From Octopus bimaculoides (taxonomy: Eukaryota), in assembly GCF_001194135.2 (NCBI RefSeq), contig NC_068982.1, positions 22,496,620 to 22,560,619 on the forward strand: 64,000 nucleotides of DNA, given 5' to 3'. Positions 50,341 to 63,500 of this stretch are shown piece after piece (position 1 is the stretch's first letter; the number at the start of each line of letters is the position of its first letter). A program made the position numbers and the translations under genes. The notes beneath the pieces are model-generated. The model did not search any database and had not been told where the DNA came from. It worked only from the letters and a program-made list of their open reading frames with translations.

Positions 50341-53300
50341 GACAACAAACAAGATGAGGACAAATATCCATCATATGTAAATAATGTAGGAAGTTTTTGT
50401 TTCCACCTGTAAAGTGATATATCGGAAAGTTAATTTACGTTATTTGATCTTATTTATTAAAACGGTTTATAACAATTTCATTAAACTGTAACAGTTCGAT
50501 ATACATATACTTGGATTAATTAATTCTGTTTTGATGTGTATCTTAATTTATAAATCATGACTGTTATCAAAATTAGTGGGTCTTGAATCTCTTAAATTGC
50601 TTAATGTTATCAACCAGTTATTAAAATAGGCTTGATCTCAAAGTTTATTACAGTAAGTGGCTTAGACTGTTTTTCACCTGGTATCTTATATAATAGTTTT
50701 TGGGTACCTGTTTACTAGACAAATCCCGTTTTCTATGATAGCATACTATATATATATATATNNNNNNNNNNNNNNNNNNNNNNNNNNNNNNNNNNNNNNN
50801 NNNNNNNNNNNNNNNNNNNNNNNNNNNNNNNNNNNNNNNNNNNNNNNNNNNNNNNNNNNNNNNNNNNNNNNNNNNNNNNNNNNNNNNNNNNNNNNNNNNN
50901 NNNNNNNNNNNNNNNNNNNNNNNNNNNNNNNNNNNNNNNNTCATTCTCACTCTTTACCAGATTGGTTTCAGTGAGTCACTTAGTTAATCCATTTGCATCT
51001 TATCCAATCATTCCGATTCGTATTTCATGTCATTAGAAATATTATTTATTTTCATTTTTCCTGTTGTATAATGTTCATGCATTAGCACTCTCTGACCTAC
51101 TTTTTACATAGAACTTGTCATGAAGATCTTTGCAGATGCATTATCGATGGTTGTAACTAAAGCATAATGAGGCCAGGAGATATCGACAATTTTTTCCTAC
51201 TATTTCATAAGAACTCTGCCCATGAGTTACAAACTTGACTAGTGAATTAATGATTTGTCACTGGAGAGTTTAATTTTAAAGAAAGGCTCAAGTTATAAAA
51301 TTCTTTTCCATGGAGTAACTTTGTCACTCAAACTGTTACTCATACTTTTGCTAAATGTTGCTTCATTTATGGCATTTGCTGCCTGCCTTATGAACCAAAA
51401 TTCTCTTTGTCTTTGAAAGCTTAGCATTTGTACTGTAGGTTTATATTTATTCCATTTTCAACTTAATATTATCTTGGCTTTGTAATTTTGTTTAGACACT
51501 CTGATAACATCATTCAAGCTTAAGAAATTTTAATTAGATTTAAGTACTTGCTAGTTTTTTTATATTTTCTTTTCTTTCATATAATACACATAAGCCAGTT
51601 TTAATTACATTATCGAATACCACTTTTTGTTTTTATTAAAAATTGCTATCATTATTAACATAACTTTAAGAGAAAGATTTGCTCAATTTTTTAATCTTGC
51701 AAATTACTATTGATTTCTAATGTAGACACGAGGCCACAAAGTGTGAAATTATTGGTATAGTCATTGTGATCAGAATCATTATTTGACTGGTACTTGATTT
51801 TATTAAATGAAAAGCAAAGTCCTTATCAATACCAATGTGATTTGAACTCATAATGTAAAGAGATGTAACTAAATATTGCAAAGTATTTTGTCTGGCATTC
51901 AATTCTGTCAATTTGTTTTGGAAATGGTAATAATAACATTGCAAACAAGAAAGTCAAGAAGATAGAAAATACACTAAATTAAATTTCGTTATCACGACTG
52001 TGGATGCTTAGTAGCAAAAGGGTAAAATTTGTGTCGATCCTCATTACAGCATGAGGTTGAATCCCACCAAAGCTATCATACTAAATAATTCGACATGAAG
52101 ACATGCAAGTCCTCCAAAACTCTACCTTCTTTGGAACAGTATTTTTAGAAGGGCACTTTCTAAGTCTTTTTGTGAGAGTTTGTTACTTAACTGCATCCAT
52201 TTTGAGAAGTCACCCATTTCTACAATCCATGACCTATTTCATCGTACAAGCTTCTCTTTCGCTTGAAAGCTTGCAGCATGTCTTTTCTATCTCATTGAAG
52301 GATAAATTTTTCACCCACACAATACAATATACTTAAAATAAATAAATAAAATTCATGTAATTTTCCAATATTAAGGAATGGTAACTATTTGGAACTGAAT
52401 TTGTAAACGAGTGTAGGTATGTAAACAAAAGAATGAGTGTATAACATCTCATAGGCACATACATACAGCAATTAAAATATAAGAAGCTTGGATGCCACTG
52501 GATTAGGATTCAAAGAAGTTGAATTGTAAAATTGTTATGAATAGTCTTGTTCAAATTCGTTATCTAAAGAGTGGAAGGTCACACGCTGATAATGTACTGG
52601 CTACTTTCGATAGATCTTCATGTAAACCTTTCACATTGCAAACATTGTGTTCTGTGTCCTTGACCCCCTCCTTGTTTTATTGGCAGGGTGGGTAGATATT
52701 GCCATCTACAAGAATGTATTCCATGTACTGGAGACTCTTTCAGCTCCTCGTCGCTGAAGGGTAATGCATTGTGTTGTCTGTTGAGACTGTGAAGCATTTG
52801 CATGACCTCACATCAATGCATTTCTCAGATTTTATCTGTACTGTAAAAACAATTTATAACCTTCACATGTATTTATCATGTTTTGCATCATCTGAACAAC
52901 ATTTTGAATGTCAGAAAATGATCTTCGGTTTAAAATCCTGAAATAAAGTGTAAATCTTGAACTGACAGTGGAATTATTTTGATCTTTACAGACTATGATT
53001 TATGGATTATAATAAGATGCTGCTAGTTTTAATCAGTTTAATACACCTTAAACAAATGTATTGGCTTGGAACTGGGAAATGTTGTTATTGATGCAATTGA
53101 TTGGTTCATTCATTTGGATATGACAATATTGCTAATGATGCAAACTTAGATATTTAGAGGGATTTTACAAAGCAAATTATTAATTTGCTGTGTAAACTGA
53201 GTATGTTATATGGAACCTCAAGCAGATTGATGCAAAAGGGTTAAATATCTTTTTATTAATTTGAAATGATCATATAAAAATACAGTTTTTCATTTATAGA

Positions 53301-53624
53301 ATAGAAATATTTTGCTTAGATATTTTAATGCTCCAAAGAATTCAAACTATATACTTCTAACGTTAGAATTGATGATAGTTTAAGTGTTTTATCAATATAA
53401 GAAATCTGTATTATACATACCTTTCATTTTGAAGAAGCCTGAAAGTTTTCTTTTTTCTACTTCAAATTCTATTTTCTTCCTCATATGAACATTGGATTTA
53501 CATATACCACATTCCTGATAGTGTCATCATTGTTGTGTTAGCACCCACTTTTGTATGAGGTAAATTTTCTGTAGCCAGATGCCCTTTACATGCATTTCGC
53601 ACAAGATGAACAACATTGCGTAAG

Positions 53625-53814
53625 ATGATGGTGATGTTTGTTTACAAACATCACTTGCTGCCAAAAGAATGACACACACGACAGGCTTCTTTTAGTTTCA
53701 ATCTGTGAAATCCAGTCTAGGCTTATAGTAGAGGATAGCTGCCTAAGTATCTGGGCAGTGGAAATGAATCTGAAATCACATGGTTGAGAAGCAAGCTTAA
53801 CCACATAGCGATAC
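53625..53814 (-). mobile_element. Degenerate SINE family A
   Basis: aggcttcttttagtttc...tatagtagaggatagctgcctaag...acatggttgagaagcaagcttaaccacatagc. Confidence 0.55.
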
Positions 53815-54077
53815 TAGAGCCTATATTGTGTATTAAATCCCTTTTAGGGTTCTGTTTTGCTCAATTATTGTCAATAACTTGAGCATGAAGGTGCTGTGCG
53901 TTCCTAATCTAGAGACAAATATGATTGCCTAAATCTACTGCATTAACTTTTCATGCATATGTAAGAGTCTAAGCTTGTCTTTTGCTAAGACCTATTTTTA
54001 TAAATAGGTGATTTTATTTACTTGAAACAATCCAGTTTAGTATCCTAAAATGATGTGCAAGTCCAATTTTGTGTTAA

Positions 54078-54267
54078 CCCTTTTGCTTTCAGGATCCTCT
54101 GCCAAATGCAATGCTTATGTATTCATTGTTTAGAATTAATCATACAGTGTCTCATAGCTTTGGAATTTCGATAGTATTATTGTTTAGGTATGATAGGCCA
54201 GATCAGGCCAGTTTGAACATAAAACAGAATGTCTGGGCCGGATATGACTGGTTTAGATTATTAAGGG
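54078..54267. mobile_element. Copy of the short piggyBac-like MITE
   Basis: ttaacccttttgc...ggccagtttgaacataaaacagaat...attaagggttga, colinear with 7968-8186. Confidence 0.7.
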
Positions 54268-57200
54268 TTGATGTGTATAAATTGTATACATGAACATCTT
54301 ATTACTGTCTTCTTAAATGTTATGCTATTTTAGTTGTACTTTACATTAATTTCCTGTCTAAATAGCAAGGCTAAAAATGTACTTTAGGGCGTGCATTGAA
54401 CTTGTTGTCAGTATAAAGTATTGGGAGAAATTTGTTAGAATTTCATTTTAATTAAAACACCAATTCAGTTTTTAAGTTTGTGTTTTGAAGTGTGACATAT
54501 ATGAAGGCATTGTCAAAGCTCCAGTCTGGGATTAATACTATAGGGATCATAAAACACTTATGACAAACCTACTCCCTGTAGAGAATGTTTAGCAATGTGA
54601 TTATAATAGAAGAGAAAAAGATATCTTGTTGGGGTTATTAATAGAATATTAAAGGATATGAAGAAATTATTCATGGTCTAGTTGTCACTTAATCTCAACT
54701 GGCTTTTTTTTATTATTATTATTACAATGGGGAGAATTGCTAAGAAAATCATATTACTTTCTGTCGAATTATTTATGAAAGATGTTATTTCTTCTTTAAA
54801 TCTTTCAAAGCCAGCAGATTTTTATCCTGTATTACACAAAGCTTTCCCTCCTAAATTGTATTTGCTTTAGTGGTTAAAGGTATGCAAGTGTCACAATTTG
54901 GGTATGTCTTAGATGTTTCCTTTTTTTAACAATGGTTTAGAGTTGGGTTGGGTTGTCAAAGAATTTAATGGTTGCCTGCAAATTTTAGTATTGCAGAGAT
55001 AATTCTCCAGTGGAGGGAAATAGATGAAAGAAAAAGAAGTACCAAAGATATGTAATCATTTATAATTTCAATGTTCAGTAGGTGTATATTTGTTATATGT
55101 TAGGAAAATATTATAAAATAGTATAAAACACTTTCCAATATTTATTGAATGATGGTTACTGTATCAGGTACCCTAAATCTCAGTATATTTAGGGCATTGC
55201 ATTTAAGTTTAGTTATAATTGCAAGCTTTTGATGATTGCCTGAATTTAAAAGTGATTTATATATGTACAGTTTAGTGGCAAAGCTATCTTTAGAGCTCAG
55301 AAAATTTTTAATTACACAAATAAGGATACTGCTTCAGCTGAGATTAACTAAATATCTTCATCCCATGCATGAATTGATATTTTATTAGATGTTAGCAAGT
55401 TTGCTATAGCCTTGGGTTTGATCCCATTGCATTTAGGTAGTAATTCTATATCAGGCATTTGATAAATTTTCTAGATAATTATTTGTACAGTTGCCCTACA
55501 AGGCAACTGATTTGTTATTCTTATTTCTCTTTCTACATTTACATACCTACAAATGCTAGCTGTGAGTTATTACCTTTGGGTTAACAATTTTCAATATTCA
55601 CAGTTCTGAAGCAATCTCAATAAGTTTGGATTGGGGTATCGTTTAGTTGCGAAACTTTTTTTTGCTCTCTGATCTTTGCAACACTATCTCTTTAGAGAAT
55701 CATCGATGTGGTTAAATCAAATATTTAATAAATTTATTTTCAGTCTGTTACTTCATATTTATTATAGAAAATGTTACAGCAATGCAAATAAAACTGAAGT
55801 AAACACTGTTAAATGATGTAAAAAATATTACCTGAATCTAATAAATATGATTTTATGTAAAAACTTCATGCTTAAAATTTTGAATTTATTTGATATATAG
55901 TTGTGATAAAGAGAATTAAAACATTAATTTAAACAGTGGAACAGGGAAAGTTTTAGTCACAAATATCAGAAACATAAAAGAAAAATCATCTTGCGTGTTT
56001 AAATGTTTTGGCAATATTTCTACTTAAAATGCTTAGTTTTTGTTTTTGTTTATCATCTCTGTTGAGGACTTTAAAATAAATTGGCTATATAAATGTCTTT
56101 GAAGACCTAAAAAATAAAAAGTTGAATTAAAATATTTGCAGCCTCCTTAATCATTAAATTTGAAACAACTATCACATATGAATCAATGAGCCAGTATGTC
56201 AGTGTCTTGTAAGATATATATTAACTGTATATATCAATAGTAAGCATTCAACATACGTAAATCGTACCTGAGTCACAACTAATCTTTATTTCATATGGAA
56301 TTTCTTTGGTGAATATCACATCGACAGTTTGCATCATCACTTGTCAGCAAACTATTTCTGGTTATGACTTTATGTCCAAGGCAAGACAATAATCTTTGCC
56401 AATCAGCTCTTCTTTTGACAGTAGCTTAGGGTAGTGGTTTTCAAACTTTTTCCTTTTGACTTGGAACTCTTACATGATTTCCAGGGAGTAGGGAGAAGAT
56501 CTTGTAAAGAGTTGGAGAAACTACTACATTTTACAGATGACATGCACTATCTTAATTTTGTGATGAATTCAATGAAACAATGTGTTTGAAAAGGAGCACT
56601 AGAATTATTTTTACGTAGGTCACATTGAGAAGCATTGGCTTCAAAACCCTCATGATATTAAATCTGCCTGAGACCACCAAATGATCAAAATTTCATGTTA
56701 TATTTCAAACCTCAGCTTAATAATGACATTTTATGTGATTCTTCCTTATTTTCCAATTGAATTGAAACATGTGTAGAGTGTTGTTCAACAAAAATTTGGT
56801 AACGAGTTAGGGGGTTTCTTGTGGGTTTTACTTTTCAAGTAGTTCTGTCTACCACTGACTTTGTAATGTATCAGATTTTCTCAGATAACTGATTGAATGA
56901 AGTCATGGAATGCCAAATGCTAAATTTATTCTAGTATATTAATTATTCTTCCTTTTCTCCAAGCTGTTGTAAATATCTATTCATTGCATTGCAACACTTG
57001 ATGTTGTGAGGCCTACTCTTAAAAAGATGTACACTTTGGGTGGTGCCTTGAGTGGAGAAAATTGATGCCAAATGTTAAATTCTATATGCCACACGTGTTT
57101 GTATTCTTCTTAGAATGATTTATTTTCATTACATAATAGTGCACAGTATTAATGTATAGCAGTCTATTTTTGAAGGATCTGGTCCCTTTCAGGAAAGCTT

Positions 57201-57851
57201 TTGCATGCTCCTTAGGACTAACCAGCTTGTGCTTGACTGCTATTGGCATGGAATCTGTTTCGTCTTTGGTTTACAAAGGCATGGCGGATGGTTGAGAGAA
57301 GTTTGCTTCACACCTACTTGATTTTGGATTCAGCTCCATTGTACAAACTACCTTTCCCTGGGCTGACCAGTCTTGCGAATGGATTTGGTTTGGACAAAAG
57401 ACGTGTGTACACGCAGAATGGAGAGAGAGGCATGTGCAATTGCTTCTATCTGAAAGTACAGTGGTAGTATTTTCAGTCTCTCACGCCAACAAATTGTCTG
57501 ATCACTTTCTACCTTCAAAATCATATGGAATAAAAGATCCTTTACTTGCAAAAATGGAACATTTAGCACCAAGGAGGATATCTGGTTATGAAGTAACATT
57601 TTTATCCAATCCATGCAAAAATGGGATTTACAAAATAGAAAAACAAAATGAAACAAAAAGCCTGTGTAAAAATGAATGTAAAATGAACAAAAATTACTGT
57701 AGCATTCCTCTTTTCATCAAAATATGTATGAAAAAATTTTATTTGTGAAGCTGTTTACCGTTTAGTAAAACAAATTTCACAATCACTTTTCAACTTGAAA
57801 CGAAATATTGGTGCCATTTTTTTAAATAATTATTTATACGTTTGTACTCTG

Positions 57852-57977
57852 CAAATTGGTTGGTGTTTGAGACCAGACACAGTAGCCTAGGGTAGTTTTT
57901 CTGCATGGCTGGCTCCTGTCAACCATCCTACCCATGCATGCATGGAAGATGGACATTAAATGATGATATTGATGATG
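57852..57977 (+). mobile_element. Family D fragment
   Basis: ggctcctgtcaaccatcctacccatgc...ggacattaaatgatgat. Confidence 0.6.
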
Positions 57978-59975
57978 GGTCAGTTCAGCTGCAATTCAGT
58001 TTAAGGTTGAGCAGATATTTTATCCTCTGAGTTTATATCCATAATGTGTGATTGTAGGGAGATTTTGCTATTTCCAACATATTGCGTAAGCCCAGTAAAA
58101 GTTTCCTTGTTGGCTTGTTTTATATTGAAACTGAATAAAATATGTCACATAGCTGAGCTTAGATAGTAAATTCCTTTTGAGAAACCTTGTTTAAAAATGC
58201 TACTGTATGTTGCTACCTCCAGGCATATAAAACATGACTGCAATAAATTAATTTTTATTCTTATAGTATAGGAATTCTTCAGCATTGTTTATTGTAGCAA
58301 CCAGCACTATAAGTATTAGGAAGTATTCATTAGTAAATGGCTGTTTAATTAATTGATGTAAAGAGAAGAGATTTAAATTTGTTTCAAGCCTTAATGTGTA
58401 TTAATGCTTTTTCCAAGTGTGTTAACTTTGAGGTGAACTAGTTGGAGTTAGTAAATGAAAGGATAAAAAATTGTTCTTAGGAGCATTCATTTTCTTTTTG
58501 TCATTGCAACATATATTAATAATACATGATGACTGTATATTATTGCTGATTCTGACTTCAGAATTTAGGTTCAATTAACCCTTCCAGATATTTTACTGCT
58601 TCTCTTTAAATTTAGGTTCAGAGCATAATGTGTAATGAAATGTTTAAATTCACTTAGGGTACAAATATTTTCACATTCTTGTAAATAATTTTATACACTT
58701 GATGTCCACTTTCTGAGTTTTCTAGAAAGTTCTTTACACAAAATCACATATTTAGATTTAAAAGCATTGGTTGTAAGAGCGTGTTATGTTGAAAGGTACA
58801 GGCTACAGTGTTGAAGATCACAAAATATAAATTGATAACCAACCAGCAATCCAAGTTGACATTATTTTATGAATTCTCTTGGAGTGCATGTGCTTTAAGT
58901 AGAAACATTTTAACTGCTTCATAATTACATTTCTGTGTTTCAATTAAGTCTTAAAATAATCAGATATTTAAATTGGTATTATAAGACTTATTTGTGCATA
59001 ATAAAATGAGTTTTGGCTTATTTTATCCAACCTCTGTCCATTATGGCAAAAATTGCCCTAATTTTGTCCAGTTTGGTCACTTTTTCCATTTAGTCTGCTT
59101 TTATATTTGCATTAAAACAAACAAAAGTAAATAATTAATGGTTTTAAAGTCCTGGAAATGACTGATTGGGTCCAGTTTCTTCTGAAATTCATGAAATAGA
59201 AACAAATTTCTGTCACAACTCTTTCTGGAGAGCATTCTTTTCGCCACTGTTGTCTCACTGCAAGAAATTGAAATGTTCATATCAAGGCCACCATGTAGGG
59301 TTTAAAAAAAAAAAAAATTTTTGTTGTATCTGAAAATGATCCAAAGAGAGGTGTTATTATTAAATCTGAAATTTCATGTAACTTTTTAAAAAAGGATTTG
59401 TATAAATGCTGAACCTAAGGATTTAGAAGAAAAGGTAGCTAAGAAAAATAAAACAGAACCAGGACATGCACAATTCATGCTGTAACAAACATTACATCTT
59501 GTACAAGTGTTTACATGTACATGATGTAACTTTACTCATTTACTTGAACTGGTCACATTTTCTTCAGTATTTTGATTTTAACGGAAAGCATACAGTCAGG
59601 CAGTTTCAGAAAACGAAAGAGTTAATGAGCTTAATCATAATATTACTTTGAGTGAAAATATAATCATACTAATACTAATTTTTTCACCTTGATTAATTAG
59701 ACAAATTGCAAAAAGTATGCTGTGAATTTCTATTACCATAGGAAAGTAATATTACATGGCAATCAGATTGATTTAAGCATTATTAATGATTAAAAATAAG
59801 CATGTTTAAGATCAAGTACAATTTTATATTAGGTTTATATCTTCAGTAATAATCAAAAATTCTTTATTATAATTTTGAAAATGTTATATATTAAAATGTT
59901 TGGCTTGCTAAAGGTAAGCCAAGGTTAAATGATTTTTATTTCTTAATATGGCTAATTTGTTTGACCCATCTCTTC

Positions 59976-60552
59976 ACCATCATCATCATTTGACGTCCGC
60001 TTTCCATGCTAGCATGGGTTGGGCGATTTGACCGAGCACTGGCGAACCAGATGGCTACACCAGGCTCCAATCTGATCTGGCAGAGTTTCTACAGCTGGAT
60101 GCCCTACCTAACGCCAACCACTCTGAGAGTGTAGTGGGTGCTTTTTACGTGCCACCGGCACGAGGGTCAGTCTGGTGGTACTGGCAACGGCCATGCTCAG
60201 ATGGTGTTTTTTTACGTGCCACCTGCACAGGAATCAGTCCAATGTTTTGTTCACATGCCACTGGCACAAGTGTCAGTAAGGCGAAGCTGGAAATGATTGC
60301 ACTTAAATAGTGATTTTTACGTGCTACTGGCACGTAAGTGAGACTGCTACTCTGGTAGTGATCCCACTCAGATGGTGCTGCTAGCGCTCCACTGGCACAG
60401 GTGCCAGTCATAGACTTTGGTTCAGTTTCGATCTCACTTGCCCCAACAGGTCTTCGCAAGCTGAGTTTAGTGTTCAATGAAAGAAGCTTGGCATGGGTGC
60501 CAGTCATCAAATTTGGTTCGATTTCGATTTCACTTGCCTGAACAGGTCTTCC
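59976..60552 (-). mobile_element. Longest family D copy, with internal tandem subrepeats
   Basis: Near-identical to 46-320 at the tail; repeated tttttacgtgc(c/t)ac(c/t)ggca units and two copies of tttggttc..tttcgat.tcacttgcc..aacaggtcttc (~60417, ~60512). Confidence 0.82.
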
Positions 60553-63500
60553 TTGGTTCTATATTTCTAATATTGTATTATAACTAAAGAGTAGGTTATA
60601 CAACCTTGCAGAAGTTAACATTTCATTCAAAGAATCAGTAATGGGTTATTACTCCTGCAGATGAGGTTCCAGGCATCTTGTTGAGAGCCATTGCTTGTTT
60701 GTCAAAAAAGTTTTAAGAGGGTGTGAAGATAACTCCCTCACGTTTTCTTTTATTGAAGAAACAATAAAATCTATCATAAATAATTTAGCTATTCTTTTAG
60801 TCAGTTTGAGTGTTCCACTTTGTAAGTGGCTAGTAGAAATTATGAAAATCAATGCATTTTAACATATTGAAACTTTTTTTCACCCCCATGCTTATGGTAG
60901 TTACTCAATTTCAAATGTGAGTTTTGCTTGTATTAAACCTAAGATATATTTACTTAATCTGAACTCAATAAAAGCACTTCACTTTTTCTTGTAGCATTGA
61001 ATATGAAAATGAGATTGCAAAAATATGTGATGTATATAAAACAAAATAGTTGGATTATGTTGAGTGATGTGTGTATATTTAGCAAGAACTGTGTTTATAA
61101 AACGACTGTTTATTTTAATGCATGTAAAATATAGATTTGTATAATGCTGGAACATGCTGATTTTCATTATTAGCCTTGCTTTCCATATCTCAACATGTAT
61201 GTCTGCAGCAATATTTTGTGGCTTCAAATTACGACTTAACGGTATCTCTTCAGTAAATCTCAATTAAAATCTGTCAATTTATCTGTATTTTTATAAAAAT
61301 TTTCCCTTCTAAGTATAGGAAACTATTGAAAGATTTGCAAAATGTAATGAAGCTATTTCACCAATGGTTAATGCCAACAGTCACTTGCCATTTTATGATG
61401 GGTAATATCATTAAAATATTGGTTAGTGGTTATAAAAAAAAGAATCTGGCAAGCCAGCTATGTTTGACATTTAGGCGTAATTAGATAGGTTAGAAATCAC
61501 TTAAGTTATTTTTCTACAAATTCAGGTTATTTTAGAAACGTGCATAATTTTTATCTTTTTTCCATATTTTGAAACCTAACCTTCGCGTAGCTATTTGGAG
61601 CTACACTTTGAGAGGAGTTCAGTTCATGATATAAATATTGGTATATTGTAACAGCCTTTTCTGTTTGTCAGGATATAAGGCCTCTGTTATTTAATGGATA
61701 CAAGTTTATAAAATGGTGTCATCTCAATGTATTGGAAGGGATGTTTGTTTTTTCTGTTAACTTTCTCACTCCCTTTCTATCTCTCTTCATATGCATGTTT
61801 GAAAATTTGGCAGTGACTGGATAAAGACTGAACTTAAGTAAATAAGTAGATGTTAATGGTTCTTAAAATAGAATGCTTGATGGCTCACAGAAATGTCTAG
61901 GAACCTGTAACCTGTATTCACAAATTTCAATATCCAGAAATTTTATAATTCACTGTAGTCAGGAAAACATGGTGATGCATTCATGCACTTGTTTTTAAAG
62001 TTGTTCAATGGGCCCTTTGATATCATGTGATGTACTGACTGGTAAAGATATTAGTTTGGAATTTACATTTTTTCCTTTACCAAAAGAAATAGAAACTGAA
62101 AACAAAACCATAGACACAGAAACCACTTGTTAACCAGTTTTATTGGGTGCTCTGTCAATGTCCTAATTAAACTATTGTTGCTATATTTTCAACTTACATT
62201 TTCTCTTGTGGAGTTGTCCATGAATTCCTCTACACAGTACCTTCTTATCACTGATCATCTATGATCATCTATTTTTGTTAAAAATTATTAAAATCATCCA
62301 ACAAAGTTCTTAAATATTTTGAATGCATGTGTATTTACATTTTGATTATGTGAAAGTCTAACGTTGGCATGTCAAGAACTTCTGTCAATAAATTGCCTGC
62401 TCACTTTTTGCCTTCAAGTCCATCTGGAATAAGATCTTCTACTTGAAAAACGAGGGGGCATCCAGCTATAAATGAATGCTTCAATAACATATTCATCTAA
62501 CTCATGCCAACATAGAAAAGCAGATGTGGAACAAATGAATGAGAAGTTGCATCTCATACTGAGTAGATGAATTTCTCATCCAATATTACCTAATATTATC
62601 ATATCAGTAGTATGTGTCCAGTGTTAGTTTTTAATCTGAGGGTTTATGCTCAGTATTTCTTGAAAATACATCACCAAATTCAATTACTCTTTATTTTCTC
62701 GTTAGAATGTGTTTGTTATTTTGTAACTACAGTGTTGCATTAGCACAATTATTATTTTTTAACCTCTAACTGCTATCTTTTCTTTGTACTGCAGTTATAT
62801 GCTCATTTTGTGTATTTAACTATTTATGGTAATTAATAATAGGTAATTTGAATAATTCTGTCATTTCTAATTGTGTGTGGGGGTGAGTATTTACTTCCAT
62901 TAATTATAAGTTTTTATTGGTTATGGAATATGACATTATTTGTATGAAAGGGAATTTATAAAACATATATATGAAATGTTGGAGGACAAAGAATAATGGC
63001 CATTGAATGGAAATGATTTGAATCAATGATGATTTGTGTGATATGTTTCACCATAGATGTGATTATCAAAAATATTAGTTGAAACTGCTAACTCCTGTTG
63101 TTCTATAATTTTATAATTTCTACCAATGTAAATTAGTAGTTATGTGAAGTTTTAATGTTTTATAGTCTAATGACTTATTCCCATTAGTAACTTCACAAGT
63201 GCTAAACAACAATAAAATTATCTTCGTCTCAAAAGAAGCATGCATAATAATATAGGTTGGAAATTATTTTCTTGTTTGAATACTTACAACAATTTTTAAT
63301 AATAGCAGACAAGTTTGAAAAATAATTAACTGTGTTGAAGCATGTGTGTGTATGTGTATACATGCACAAACACACACACTTGAACGACAGTTTTATATTG
63401 TCTAAATTGAGATGTTGCAAGACAGTAAAAACAAAACAAAAAAAAATTAATTAAAATGTTGACACCACCTTCCTAACCCATCCATTACATATAGATTCTG

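Larger units (their letters stand above)
49955..50386. mobile_element. Head-to-head inverted pair of a tRNA-headed repeat (family E) with a hammerhead-containing, Penelope-like tail
   Basis: Left arm 49955-50184 (minus) has A-box ccactacgcca (50168-78) and B-box ggaatcgaactc (50124-35). Right arm 50189-50386 (plus) lacks the A-box. Arms are roughly 80-85% complementary by eye. Confidence 0.8.

Noticed and set aside
52687-52757. KNVFHVLETLS resembles the NHFHVFVGDLS start of RRM2
   Set aside because: The RNP2 core FVGDL is absent and a stop follows, so it is not the RRM2 exon. Kept only as a poison-exon candidate.
60140-60552. Spaced short repeats superficially like a CRISPR array
   Set aside because: Irregular spacing, inside a eukaryotic retroposon, and no cas genes.
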